Below are positions 49,096-63,444 of a stretch of 64,000 nt of DNA, piece after piece. The translations under genes were made by a program, and so were the position numbers. Within the stretch, counting starts at the first letter, position 1. Each line of letters opens with the position of its first letter. The stretch is from the NCBI RefSeq assembly GCF_018350175.1, contig NC_058368.1, positions 103,170,001 through 103,234,000 on the forward strand. The letters are read 5' to 3'. This DNA is from Felis catus. Its lineage: Eukaryota. The notes below the pieces were generated by a model. It was given only the letters and a program-made list of their open reading frames with translations, did no database searches and had not been told where the DNA came from.

Positions 49096-52000
49096 GAAAC
49101 TTCATAAACGTTTGTAATGAATCCTGCTTGTTGGCTATTTTTCCCATTTGCTTTTGGAAACTATACAATTCATGGGGTTAAGACAGTATTTATGGTTTCA
49201 TTTGCTGGTGAGAGATACAAAGTACTTTTCTCTTCTGTGTGACTGCCCTTGCATTGTAGGACAGCAATAGTGGACTTCCACCGATGGCTTGGTGAATATC
49301 ATGAACTTTTATTTCTTTGAGGGCTTCTGCAGTCTCATCAATGGAGGCCTGAATGATAAGGCAACATCAGAGAGACGGAGTTCCTTCACAGTTCTGGGTC
49401 AGAGGTACAAATATCCATGGGATCTTAGCTGTGGCACTACATGAATTAAAATGAAGTAATGAATTTGCAGTGTGTTCCATGGCTTTAAGTTACACCTGAC
49501 CTTCAAATCACATTTAACAGAGTGCAATCACAGATCACAAGTCACAGAGGTTTCAGTAATTTTCTCTTCCATCAAGGAAAACTGATTGAATCAAATTTAG
49601 CTTTATATGGTGCTCAGAATTTAGAGAACTCTAGAATGTCCCTGTGAGTTACAGAAATCCATTAAAATGTGAGAATGTTAGAGTTTGGAGTATTTCACAT
49701 AATTTTAATGTGCACCTATACATACGAGTTTTATTTGTAGATGATATATAACGCATAGCTTTATTTACAGATATAGCTCATCTTAGGACATGAAAATCTC
49801 AAGAATTAAATGACTGGACAGTGAATCACTATGAAAGCACCAGGGTACCTCTTTGTTCAAGACAACTGTTAGGACTTCCATTTAATGATGAAGTATTTTC
49901 GTATTATGAATAATTCTCTGTACTCCATTTATTGGCTTCAAAAATTAGTGTGCTATGGCATGTTTTGGAAGAGTGGGATTCATCTTCATATTTCTCCAGT
50001 GCTTTATAACTCTGTTCTCTTCTTCATTCCTTGCTTCAAGAGGGAAGGCCAGTAGCTTTTCACAGTATTCCTTGGAGTGTGTTAGGTTGCTTAGACTTCC
50101 CAGAGCGACATATCCACGCAACAAAGAAACCTTTATTTAAATGCTTATTATTTAAAAAATACTATTACATAGTTTCACGGTAACAGCCTCTCTCTTTTTT
50201 CGTGTGTCTTACCAATGACCCCATCTCATCAAGAGTTAGAGGGGAGGGAGTAAAAGTGAAAAAGGCATCAGAACCTTCATTCTACAACAGGAATATAGAG
50301 TGATGCTCACAGGAAGACTGTAGTACTGGAGATTTAAAAAATATATATATAGTACATTATTAATATGCACTGCTCATCACGGAAAACTTAATAGATGACA
50401 ACATCTTTTAATAATAGTATATTATTCCACTCCCATTCTGCATAGTTGAATTTGGGAAGGAGGGTTATGAGTTATTTAAATGTGACATAAGGACAAAAAT
50501 TTTCCTAAAAGATTCTTCCTGAATGCAAAGAGATGAGACCAGATATATGCATTCATCCATTAGACAATATCAACTTTTTGTTCTAATTTCATATATTAGT
50601 TTCTATCAAATCTTAACCATTGCTACTTTTGGAAATCTGTTAACTACTAGACTTATTTCAAATTCAAAAAACACTATGCTAAACAGCACCTTTGTAGCTT
50701 ATAAAAATTAATGCAAAACATAGACCAATTATACAAATTTAGTAAAATAACTTGACAGAAAAAAGATGGCACAGGATTGTGTGGTTGTTTGGAAAGTAGC
50801 AGGGCTAAGAAGAGGCTTTATTTATTTTAATTTATGTGGTGTAAGGTGGACCTGAGCAAACTCATAAAGGAATTGGTATCGTAGAGGAAAGGTAATTAGG
50901 GATTCAAGCGAGAAAACAAGTAATAGTTGGATCAGGTCTCTTTACTAACTGGGATGGAGATGGAATCACGGGTGAAGGTTGAGGGCCGACATTGGAAACA
51001 AGATCCAGAGGGGAAAGGCTAGATAGTGAAGACAGGGATTTTCAATAAGTATTCCCAATAATGAGCTGATATTTGGGTTAAAGTCTCAAATTCTCCATAA
51101 TCACCTAAGTGCTAAAGTAGGATCTACTGGCAGAAGCTACAGGACACAGACTAAAATGCATCCCAAGGAAGCTCTTGCTAGCAATAGGATCCGTACATGA
51201 ACAGAAAGAGTGATCTCAGGAGGTACTGGATTCCAGTCCTTGCCACATGTCTAGGAAACCTACCCGGCAGATGGCTGCAGGGAAGACACAAGAATGGAAT
51301 GAGGAAGGGACATGCCAAGCTGCATGAATAAAAGCTTTCAATTACCAGTAGAGACACTCAGAAGGCCCAGTCAAGGAGAACCCAGTCTTCTTGGGATGAC
51401 CTTCTTCAGTCACTTGGAAAAAGGAGTCAGAAAGTAAGTAGAATGAGGTATTTTAGCTACAGGAATGACAAAGTGGGTACAGTAGCAATTTGTAGGGAAA
51501 ACACTGAACCTAGAAAGAAAGTGATGGCCTGGAAGAACTGCATTGGAAGGGTTAGAAGACCAGACATCTCAAGGATGTCAAGATCAATGAGTATTATCTC
51601 TCGAAAGGATCTTTCTCCTCCCTGCAACTTGCAAGTCCTACTCCCAACCAGTTACTTCTAACCTATTTAATCAGGTGTTATTCAAGAACTTTAGGTGGTA
51701 AATTCATTGAAAACTAGCCTGAAATGATTCTGGTCATAAACCAAGTCAGTTACATTTTATTTTTAGGAAGAAGGCTTTAGGGACAATGATCTCCATAGTA
51801 ATATCATTAATAGTGTCAATTAGCTAAAAAGATATACTCCCTCCCATCAAAAAAAAAAAAAAAAAGCTTTGCTACATTCATTTCTTGATAGGTTCTTTAA
51901 TGCATTTTCTCATACTCTGTGAGTCAATAATTTCAAAAAAAGAAAAAAGAAAACTCAACAATCTCAAGTTATTGCTAAAATAAGCAGACAGTTTTTATAA

Positions 52001-55000
52001 CACCTAAATTGTAAATACATTTTGAACCACTTCTGAGTTTAAGTTCCTTCCCAAATGTCCTGATACCTAATTTTTCCCTGTAAGACAAACTTATTAAATT
52101 GGAATTAGAAGAAATGGATAGAAATAAGCTTGAATTGATAAATTCTTTCACCACTGATAACCATTAAAAAGTATTTTGCATTTCAACCGAAGGCAAAAAG
52201 CCACGAAACAATTGTGTTGAGGAGGTGGCTCCAAGAACACTTCACCAAAGCAGAAAGTGAATCAAAGACTTTCACTGGGAGACTATACTCCCCCAAATAG
52301 TTGCCTGCTGAATTTGAGACGGTTTGTGGAAACAAAACTCAAGATAAAATAGACTCTTGTCCTGTTACATCCATCATTAGTGAGTATTTGGTTAGATATC
52401 CACCTAAGAGAGCTAGACTTTTACTCCTACGGAGATAAAATTTGATGTTATACAGAACCCAATCAGTCGAATTTTGCAAAATGCCATGGTCCATAAGACC
52501 CAATGCTGTAGATAAATCATGGGCCCTATAATAAATGACCCTTGCATCCATAGGCTTATAGATAGCAATTGTCACTTTTAAAACAAATGCTTTAGTGGCT
52601 GAATGAGATAAGAGGAAAACCGATTTCTGTAATAACAATGTGCTAGTGTGTCAGCACATACTCAACCCATGATTTATAAAATCATGGTTTTTATAAAAAC
52701 CATGGGGGAAATGGAGGGGGAAAACGTGCTAATATGTCTTGAAGAGCTACAGAGATAAACATACATTTGAATCACAAGGTGCCAGGATTTTACCAAGACT
52801 ACAACATCATGGTCTTTCCCTGAGAAAATATATATGTCTGCATAAGAAGATGAACATTTTGTAGAAAAAACAAACAGTTGATTCAGGGGCATTTAGTTGT
52901 CACCCTTGTTGAGCATCTTTGTTTCTTCTTTTCAAAGCCATTAATCCGGTAAAAATAAGAGCTGACTACATACCTGATCAACTCAATAACAGGAAACTTT
53001 CTCTTTCCCTATAGGTAACGGGGGATTTGGGTGGAAGATGAAGACATGGAAACGAAACCGGGGAGCAGCGAATCTAGGTAGCTTTTGTCCTGACCACAAT
53101 TATCAGATATCACAGAGTGTCCATATTAGTAAATATTGTTTAAATCCAATCACTGCCACAGTTATTTAAAAGAAGGCCCTTCCTACAATAAGGGCCTTTA
53201 AAAGAAGGCCCTTCCTACTCTTATTGTAGGACAAATTATCTAATAATTTGTCCAGGGGAAGCACACTTTACTTCTTCAACTAGATTATAAACGCTTCAAG
53301 GTTCAACACCTAATTATGCATTTCCCCTCCTGGTCTAATAGTCTTGTTCATAAAAATAAAATTGCTTGAAAAACTCTTGTAAACAAGATTGGGAAGCCTG
53401 CCAAGGAAACCTCTTCCTCCAGATCACTGCTATTTCTTAGGTATCATGTTTTAGTGATAGTAAAAGCCAAGACTCAGCCTTTTATTTTGAATAATTCAGA
53501 TGAATTCTTTAGTTTCTCAGAACAGATGCTTTACTAAACCCACACGTAAACTATGAACCAAATTTTTAAGTTCTCGGTATCTTGCTAGTATAGTCCCTTG
53601 CCTACTGGGTAGGGTCACAAGAGAAAAACACCATGAGGATCATTATCTCTGACAGTGTAGAGCTGCACACTTCCTACTGAGAAGATTCTTTCTAGCTTCT
53701 CTTTATGCTATACTTTCAAGGCTGGCTCTTTGCGGTCCATTAGGAAATGTGGCTTCAGAAATTTTGGTGTTTACCCTGCAGGTACAAGACCTTGCAGGTA
53801 TGTGCAGGGAGTCCACAGCACAGGTAAATCAGATTGATGTTTATTAATGAGAAAGTGTCTCCTCATCTGGATTTAGCACAGAAGCCACAGTTCTTTCTAA
53901 CATGTGACATACTTTTGTGCACACATAGACTTACTCTTCTCCAGAATAGTCATTTTTAAGTCTCAGAATTTTTTCTGCATGAAGGGCAGGCTACACTGCA
54001 ATCTTATTCCTGGATTAAGTCAACCACATTTTCTGAATTCAGCACCCATGTGAGCACTTCAATGTGCTGTTTTTAAATGTTTAACTTTTGTGTACATTCT
54101 TCCTATATTATGTACAGAATATCATTCTACGATTAACTTAGTTTAAGATGATCCACATATAAAACCTTGACCACCTCTCTGAGACCAGGCTATTTTGGAG
54201 TAATGATATTGTTCTGAACTTGAAATCTGCTGAAGTCTAAACAATTTTTTAAAACTTTACTATACATCATTATACAATGTATTATGTAATTTAAATGGTG
54301 AATTTAACGGTATGTAGAGTATATCTCAGTAAAGTTGTGTAAACAAATAGCCTGGCATTATTTCCTCTTTGAGTTTGATATGAATGAGGTTTTCCCAGGT
54401 TTTACGCTGGGCTAAATTCCCTGTCTGTTGGTAGATATTCAGTAAGCGCCTCCCATAAATGAGTTTGCTTTTACATACTCCATCTCATCCAGTTTGGGGA
54501 ATTCCACTGAACCACCTCCAGAAAAACCAAATAAATTGATGAGCTATCTGCAGCAACTCGGGTACCATGGAGAATAAATTAAAAGTTTTCAAATGAACCC
54601 CATTTGGCTTTAGTGGTGAGCAATCTTGCTCTATTTTAACTGAGAAACCCACAAAAGAAAACAAGGAAAAAAATTAGGGTTTTCAAGGAAAGACTATGGA
54701 TCATGCTGTGTATTAAGATGTACAATCACCTATACAAGAGTAAACCTAGATTAACAGGGAGACAGCACGGAGTTGGTGGACCCAGCTATGGCCCACAGCG
54801 AAACATCTGGACAGTAGGAGGTCCTGGGTAGAGTCTGCCAAAGGCATTAAGTGGTGAATGTCAGGTAGGTCCCAAACTTGGGCTCACAGCAGTACTCTGG
54901 GCATTCCGGAAAGAATGGCTACTGACTAACAAGATAGGTTACTGACATAGAGACAAGAGCGCAGGAATAAAAAATGGGAAACCGTGCCAAGTGGATTAAA

Positions 55001-56155
55001 TACCACTAAGAGGCTGACTACAAGGCACATCGACAGACTCCAGCTTCTAATACTGAGACAGAAGGTTCAAGTGAGCTAAGCCACAGGCTGACCTGAAGTT
55101 GATTTGCCTTACCTAGACTCCTTCAATTTTCCCTGATTTGTTCCAGAACCCTGGCTGGGGATTCAGGTAGGAGTAAGTGGCCCCAGCTGTAGGGAATAGA
55201 ATGACATACCCCCGGGGGCCCAACACATCATTACAGTGTCTGTAGCTGGGATGTGCAACCACTCATTCACAGACTCGGGAAATATTTAGGCTGATTGAGA
55301 CCTGCTTGCTTCCCTACCCTCCCGGCAACTTGACTCTTATCTCCCCTCCCTTCTCACACATGCATTGTGGAGTCTGGGAGCGGACACTTTCTAAAGCTGA
55401 TTTGCCTACAGTAAAATTTGGGTTGGGTCACACTTGTTTGTAACATCCAGATGAATGTGCTATGTTTCGATCACTGGAAAGGAACTTTCTATGACATGGT
55501 GTTCACGCTTATATCTAAAACCCAAACTTTAAAAGTTACAAAGCCATAACATGGAGCAAATAGTTTGTCAATTTATAGACTAAATTTGAAAAGATCACCC
55601 GTCTCTCTCACTCGCTCTCCCCACTAATGTAGGCGAAATGCTGATAATGAACTTCAACCCAGTACTACTTTTAAATCAGTCCTCTTCATGCACATAAACC
55701 ACAAAATCTCATGCTTGCAAACAATCACATTAACAAGATGAATTCAAAAGTTTCCAATCTTACCAAAATAAGAAAAACACAGAGAAAACTAAAATCACCA
55801 CAGAGTGAAAATGCTACTTATTTATAGCCTGTGAGTCCCCAAAACCAAAATGAAAATATGTAGGATGAGCTTCCAAAAACAATTCTGCAAGTCAATACAA
55901 TAAATCAGGCCCAGATGTCACAAACACAATAAATCAATTGAAACTGCCAAACCACTTTTCTCAGCCTACTGGATTTAATTAAAACCACCACTCAGTGCAT
56001 GAGAGGCCTTCTAATACAGAAGATACTATCACTCAGGCTCAACCATCTACCCAAGCCTGATGTAGGAGATGGAGTTTGTTAAATTTTCATCTACAGGCCT
56101 GTTGAACATGGCAGGGTTTAGTTCAATCTATGGCAATGCACTGCAGTCCCTTTTA

Positions 56156-56353
56156 ATGTTTTTTAATGTTTTATTTATTTTGGAGAGAGAGACAGAGCAC
56201 AAGAGGGGGAAGAGCAGAGAGACAGGGAGACACAGAGTCCGAAGCAGGATCAGGGCTCTGTGCTGACAGCCAAGACATGAGGCTCGAACCCACAAACTGT
56301 GAGATCATGGCCTGAAGTCGGAAACTTAACCAACCGAGCCACCCAGGCGCCCC
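56156..56353 (-). mobile_element. Can-SINE
   Basis: Internally deleted; TSD ctgcagtccctttta. Confidence 0.95.
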
Positions 56354-57727
56354 TGCAGTCCCTTTTAGATGCTTTTTCTCAGCCTCCCAACGTGCTGATT
56401 AAGAATGCTATCAATCAGCTTTTGCCATTGGAACACAGTAATGCCAGATAAACGCTGCAGAAATACTGACTCTCTGGTCCTCGTTTTTGTGTCAAAAATA
56501 CAGCACAGTCATTGAAAACAGACAAGCATATTTAATCAAATGTATAAGACAAGTGGTGACTCGGTGCTTGGCGTTCTCGATTCTTCAGTGACTCTTCTGA
56601 AGACAACCCAACTGTAGCTCATTGTCTATAAATGTCTGTTCCCAAACAACCAGTAAATGCCACTCAGGAGAAAGAAAGAATGAGGGTGGGGGGTTGGGGG
56701 AAAATGAAGCACTCACAAGTGATTATGAATTCACGAGGCTGACAAAGGGCACCGGTTTCCAGGCATCTTCCAGGACTGGAGGTGAGGAATCTCACTGGCC
56801 CTTAAATAAAAAAGATCCCTTGAGTTTAGCACAGAAAAGACAGAGAGACACCCAACCAAGAGGTTGTTTTAACTTGAAGGATCACATTATTTATCACGAA
56901 CAATCTCTAAACTCAGTCAGCAGAAGCCTTCCTGGCACTCTCCTTGTGTATACTTGGCTCTATTTTATAAAGACAGAACAGACTATGTTTGGCATTTTTG
57001 CCTTGAGTTATTGACATGTTTTAAATTATGCTGTTTTATGTCCATTCTTAATAGAACAGAAATCTGCTACAAACGATCTTTATTAACAGACCGCCTCAGG
57101 TGCTGAGACTCTCGATTTAACAATGTCTCCAAACAGACAGGCAGGGAGCTTGTTAATAGGCTTTTCCAACCCTTTGGCTTCTGTGAGACGTAAGTGGATT
57201 ATGGAGGTTTGTTTGTCAGGCTATCTTTTTACATCACTGTCTGAATAATTGCCACAAAGGCCTATTGCTTTGGCCTAATTAACAAAATGTACAAAATCCT
57301 GAACATAGAACTTTTATTGATTAGCCATCTCCATGGGAAGCTTTTGAACCCCCATGACTTCTGGCCCCAGACAGATGCTACTCATGATGTTACACAGTGG
57401 ACCATAGTCTTTTAATATAACAAGGACTCATCTTACCACTCTGGACTATTCAAAAAGTGCCACAGGAAACCACGTGTATTGGTAATAGTTTAAAAATCAG
57501 TGTCCTTGGGACGAGATAAATTTTTACGTAAATGTCACCATTTACTATAAAACAATCCTATCTGTTCCATTTTTTTTTTTTTTTTCATAGAAACTGATCC
57601 TTGAAGGGGTGGTTTGAATTATAAAAACTGTATGGTTAAGAAGCAAAGTCAGTTTTATCTGAGTGAGGAAAAATATGTGGATAAAACAGAACTTGAAGGG
57701 AAAGTCAAAAACATGGAGTAGGCATGC

Positions 57728-57880
57728 ATTAATTTATTATTCAGTCAGTTTTCATTAACTGAATAATTATTTCAACAAATACTCCAGGGCTTGTGTTCCA
57801 GAGGACAGTTTTAGGCACTGGGACTCACCTCGAGGCAAGAAGACAGTATCCTTGCTCTTGTGGAACTTTTAATATCAAGG
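57728..57880 (-). mobile_element. L2 3' tail fragment
   Basis: ttcaacaaatact...gtgttccag...gttttaggcactggga...ccttgctcttgtggaactt. Confidence 0.65.
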
Positions 57881-58170
57881 CTAACAGATGTTTTAAAAGC
57901 CCAGGTATGGAGGCTCAACAACTATTTACACCTTAGACTGCACTTAACTTTTCTTTAAAAAAAGTAAAAAGCCCATGAGATAAAAAATTCTGTTTGATGA
58001 CGTAGCAAGTGAGATCAGCCATGGGAAATTAAGCCATGTGCATCATTTTATGTAATATTCAGAAGGCACACATGGAAAAAGGAGCTACAAACATTTTTGG
58101 GAGTTTGAGAAGACAAAGAACTCAGTCTTTGATCGATTTAAATGGAAAGCAGGACCAATGAAAATTTCTT

Positions 58171-58397
58171 TTTTTTTTTTTAATTTTTTTTTTTCAACGT
58201 TTATTTATTTTTGGGACAGAGAGAGACAGAGCATGAACGGGGGAGGGGCAGAGAGAGAGGGAGACACAGAATCAGAAACAGGCTCCAGGCTCTGAGCCAT
58301 CAGCCCAGAGCCTGACGCGGGGCTCGAACTCACCGACCGCGAGATCGTGACCCGGCTGAAGTCGGACGCTTAACCGACTGCGCCACCCAGGCGCCCC
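58171..58397 (-). mobile_element. Young SINEC_Fc
   Basis: Near consensus; perfect TSD tgaaaatttctt (58159-58170 and 58398-58409). Confidence 0.98.
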
Positions 58398-58861
58398 TGA
58401 AAATTTCTTAATGAAGTTACACATACGGATAGGTTAGAAAGTTTTGACTAAATTTATGTTTTTTGTTTTTTAAATCACCCAAGTAACTAGGTAATGACTG
58501 TGAAGCAACAAACATTAAATTCAAACATTTGAATGAGCTTTGGCTGGGAACTCAGCTAGAGAAACATACGTAGGGTTGAATTAATTTAGAAAGCTTCAAG
58601 ACCCTAGGAGTCAATTACATGACAGCAGTAATCTCTCTCTCTCTCTTTTTTTTTTTTTTTTTTTTAACTTGTAGATGATATCTTGTCTAATCTTGGGAAT
58701 ACATGCTGAATTTCGGAGAAAAATTTACTGTGGACAAGTTTACATGTGAAGTTATAAGCATACACATTTGTCAACATGAAGGTGAATTTAACAGAAATGA
58801 GATGTGCATCAGCCTCTGCTCAATGCTAAGTATTAAGATGAGTGTCAGCAGCTATCTTCAA

Positions 58862-58962
58862 ATATATATAAATATATATATGTGTATATATCTATGTGTA
58901 TATATATATCTATATCTATATATGTACACACACATATATTTATATATATATATATATATATA
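58862..58962. repeat. Imperfect (TA)n repeat
   Basis: Directly visible. Confidence 0.9.
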
Positions 58963-59164
58963 AAACCCAACATCACAGTAGAGGAGGACCAAAAGGTTAG
59001 GGAGGTCAAGATCAATGTGCTAAACAGAATATGACAGCTTCTTGACTATTCTTCAGGTGAGGATAGATAATGCCGGGAAAAGACAACCTCTACTGTATCG
59101 GTGGCTCCTTCCAGAAGCCACTGGGAAATTGAAATAAAGGCAGAGATGTTCTTTTAGATCGACA

Positions 59165-59405
59165 GTAGTAATAATAGTGACATCGACAATTAATAGAAAC
59201 CATACTTTATTAAGAACTTACCTTGTTCCCCATTTACTTTGCTCGTGGTTTACATTCATGAACGTCATTAATCTTAACACTACAAGAGTGGGTATTACTG
59301 TCAGCTCTATTTCACACGTGAGGACACAGAGCAGCAAACTGCTGCAGATCACAAAGGGAAGGAGAGGCAGTGTCAGTATTCAAACCTAGGACCAACTCCA
59401 AAGCA
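59165..59405 (-). mobile_element. MIR
   Basis: tttattaagaactta...cattaatctt..gtgggtattact...gtgaggacacagag...attcaaacctagg. Confidence 0.75.
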
Positions 59406-62400
59406 CCTTCCCTTATCCACCGCGCTCAATCTGCCAGGGCCTTGCCTGATACACGGGCATTTTTTGGTGATTGTGGAGTGGGGGAGGCCGCGATGAATCA
59501 CTCTGCCCAGCCAGTCGTTCTCCCTGTGTTTCGCAAGAGATCATGTTTAAGGTAAACTGGTTATCACGTGCCTAGACACCAGTGATTTACAATTACTTCT
59601 TTATTAAGAAAACGTTCACTGTGTGAGTGGTCTCTCTCTGAAAAAATGCCAACAAAGAGGCCTTGTCAGTTTTTTGGCAGAGGCACATCTAAACACATAA
59701 AAACAAGTTTAAACACTATCATTTATGCATAATTCTTTCTTGGCATCATCTCCCACTTGCCACAATTTGCAGCCAGAAAACACTTATTTCTACTTTTCTT
59801 ACTCTAGAAATAATCCAGCCTTAAGTGGATCTAATTCCTCCCCAGAAAAGAAACAGCCCTGTCAGGACTTGGTTGTGTGTGCCGTTTGAGACTTCAAGGT
59901 TCCCATTTACCGCACAGCTGCACGGATTCTGAAAGCTGGTGCTAAGCCAGAGCTCTGTACCCACTGAGATCTGTAGTCTGGAATGATAAACACACAGCTG
60001 CCTGTGGTGAGGGCCACAGGCATAATAGATGGCCACGTCTCAACCAGAGCCAGGCAGCACCAACACAAATCATTAATCCGACCGCTTATACGTTAAATAT
60101 CACAAAATGTGTACAAAATGGGGAGCTGTCTCCATGGCAGGCAGTGACAGGTGGGGGGAGAGGTGGAAGCAATTTAAGGGAAGAGGAGAGAAAAAGTGGC
60201 TCTAAGTCTTCTGTAAAATCCCACTACAGAGCTGATTTACTGCCACGCAGCCCTCTTCCGGCAAATAGTTCATAAAGCCTATGACCTGAGTACTTGCCCA
60301 CGGGACCACAATAACATTTATCTAGCATAAATTAATGTGTTTCAACCACTAATTCAATTTGGCCGTCTCATTCTTTGGGTTTTGGCAAAGCCTAGCCTTG
60401 CTATAAAGTCACTTGGTGACTCACACGAATGGCTGTGTTTGCTAAGGACTCACACACCACTAGGAACAAAGCGTGCTATTAGTCGAGCAGTCATAAAAAT
60501 ATACCTCCAGAGCACATTTGGAGCTGTGCTAATTGAAACTTCCTCTTTAGAGGAGCCTGATCAAAACCAGCTGTAGGAGTCAAGCAGCAGCAGATTTCAA
60601 CATTGCATTCAAAGCCCAGCGGATTCAGAAGGAGCTGCGGGACTCAAATAAGAGGGCACAGCGGCCTGAACACGCGCTCTAATTGGCTCCTGACACGACA
60701 CGCTGCAGAGCGAGCTTGTGACCGGAACCTGGCGAGCGCTGGAAAGAAACTTCTCCGCGAGCAGAACTTGGAAAGAGAGCCCCGTCGTGCAGTTCTCGTA
60801 AAATCCCAGATCTGCCAACCTTCTCAAGGAACATGTGGGAAAACCCACAAAAGGCTAGTAAATTTAAGAAAGTGAAGCGGGATATTGTTCCGAAATGGGA
60901 AAAACAAGAGCTGAAGTATCTCCATTGGCAATGCAGCCTTTTAAGAACATCCCATTGGTATTAAAAACAAAAACAAAAAAAGCCCAAACCATCCAACGCA
61001 CAGAGGAGCAAACGGACAAAATCCAAATAAAAACCAAAAACCTGGATGAAACACGAAAACACAGACCCTACTGAAAGATGAGGATGAGAGCTCTGTCATC
61101 CTCTCTGGCTGTACGTGAGTTTCTCATTCCAAGAAATAAGGAGCGCATTCTACCGATGGGCGTAGAAGCAAAATCCCTCCGTAGGTTTGCGGCAGATGTG
61201 GAAACATCACGCACTTTCTGTTAGCTTCACTTGAGGGCAGGTGAGCCACTTGTAAAGGAAACAGTTGCTGATACATAAATATAAATAGCATATTCCACCC
61301 ATCAACTATGTGAATTTTATTTAATTTAGATGAGTGGAGTGCCCGGAAATATTAAAAGCAAGTTTTGTTTTATAACACCTTTAAGTAGCATATAAATTAG
61401 AAAGGACTGCTGGTCTCTTTAATTTATTTACTCATCAATTTAATGGAGTGTCTAGTCTGGGAGCTATGTCACAGTGATTTGCAAAGATAAAGGGTGGGGA
61501 GGTTTATTTATGTAGATGTGGGAAGGATCGTTATGTTTTATGCCACAGAAGGATGAGAGTTAACTCTATGTAATATATGAAATATAATGATTTTTCTAGG
61601 CAACATAATTACAGCCCCACCAGTAACAACCATGAAAGTTGAAGATTTGCTTATTTTCACCATCTTTTTGGAATAGATTAAGCGGCTAAGCTCTTTTTTT
61701 TTTTTCCTTTTATCACATGTAAAACATATTACACTGACTCACGGGGTATAAAACCAAAATAAAAACAACCTCACAGAAGTAGAAATTACTTATCTAAGTA
61801 CGTCCCTGTTCCCTTTTCGTGCATAAAAATTTGTATCCAGCATTTAGCACTCACTGATGTAAAATGTGGCCTCTGGTGTATGTGATATGGTATTCTGAGT
61901 TTGTGTAGATATGAGCAGAAGGTAGGTCTGGTGCTTTTTTATTATTCATATGACTTGTCAGATAGTGAATCATTCTCAATGCATAATGCAATTCACAGTT
62001 GGAATGCTGTACCCTTGATTTTATTTATCTTGTTTGTCCAAGTACTATAGACATTAGGGAGGCTTCAATTTAGTGCTCTTAAAGCTGATGAAGGAGGCTG
62101 AAGAATTTGGAAAATTTTCTAAAGATAAATCAAGATTAAGTGATGAAAAAAAGAAAAGAAAACCTGTAAATAAGCCAAACACAACAATATTCTGATTTAA
62201 AATGGGGTCTGAAAAGAAGTTATTGACCCAGCTTATCCCAATTTTCTCACTAAAATATTTTCTTTAAAAGTCAGAAAGGATAAATCCTCATATGTTATCA
62301 CCACCCCTGAACTTGGAGTTAACTAATACCAGAATCAAGGAGTTTCCAATTACCTAAGAATTAAGACAACACACACACACACACACAAATGATTTACAGG

Positions 62401-63444
62401 TTCCATACAATTATAAACAGTGGAAATAAGTCCCTCAAAAGTAATTTAAAGCCCCTCGTTTCTTTCCTATTTCTTCAGCCCTGGCTCAGAAAAATTGTCT
62501 ACAGTAACGTCAAGCCAGGCAGCTGTTCTTGGGACTGAGGGTGCTACATTCTGAGGCAGCACTATGCTGTCCCTTCCCTGACCACAAACAGAAAGAGACG
62601 GTCCACTGAAACTTGCAGAAATGCAGGCAGAAAGTGGGTGGGTTGTCTGGGAAGTGGTGTTACACATTCAGGAATTAAAATACAAATGCAGGGTCAGGAC
62701 CAAGCAAAGAATTCATCTCAGATCAGTGGGACTATAGTAGACAAAAAGGTACTGAAGCCTGGGAATTAGGCTAGGAGTTGAACATGCTCTTCTCTCTGAG
62801 AGGAGGAACAGACCAGGAGCCGTGAGAGTGTGCACAGGGTAAGCCCAGAGAATTCTCTCTTTACTCTAGGATAAATTTTAAAATTTTGTTATGAAGCATA
62901 TAAAAAAATATTACATGACAAGAAAAAAATTTAGCTTTCTGAACACTCAGAAGAAGAGCAGATCTCTGAGATGATGAGCTACAAGAATTAAAATATTAAC
63001 TTAGAATATTATTTGGTAGCCTCAGGTGGCAAAGGTGGTTGGTCCCTCATTCTTCCTGGGCTGCACAGCTACAACTATATTTCTCAAACTCCCTTAGAGA
63101 GGTGTGGTCAAGACTAAGGTTTCCTCACTGGAAGGTGAGCACACATCCACTTTTTTTTTTTCCTAGTGATTAGAAAGAGTGATAAATAAGAAGGACGAGA
63201 ATAGAAGTCCAGGGACCAATGAGGGTTAGGAGACCCATGTATTTGTGCAAGGACCCCGAAAGCTACACTCCAGGAGTAAGACTGATTTGGATATAGACAA
63301 GCTGTTGCAGAAATGGACACCAGCTTCAAGTCACTTTAATGCAATTTCAGTGACTGAAATGATCGCTAGTTCTAGTAATTGTCTATCTACTAAAACCAGA
63401 TGGAAAAATTACATCATATTCATCCTTAACTGATTTCTCCCAAG

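Noticed and set aside
60614..60643. AQRIQKELRD resembling the N-terminal helix of E2 ubiquitin-conjugating enzymes
   Set aside because: Only about 7 residues match, with no downstream UBC homology or splice signals.
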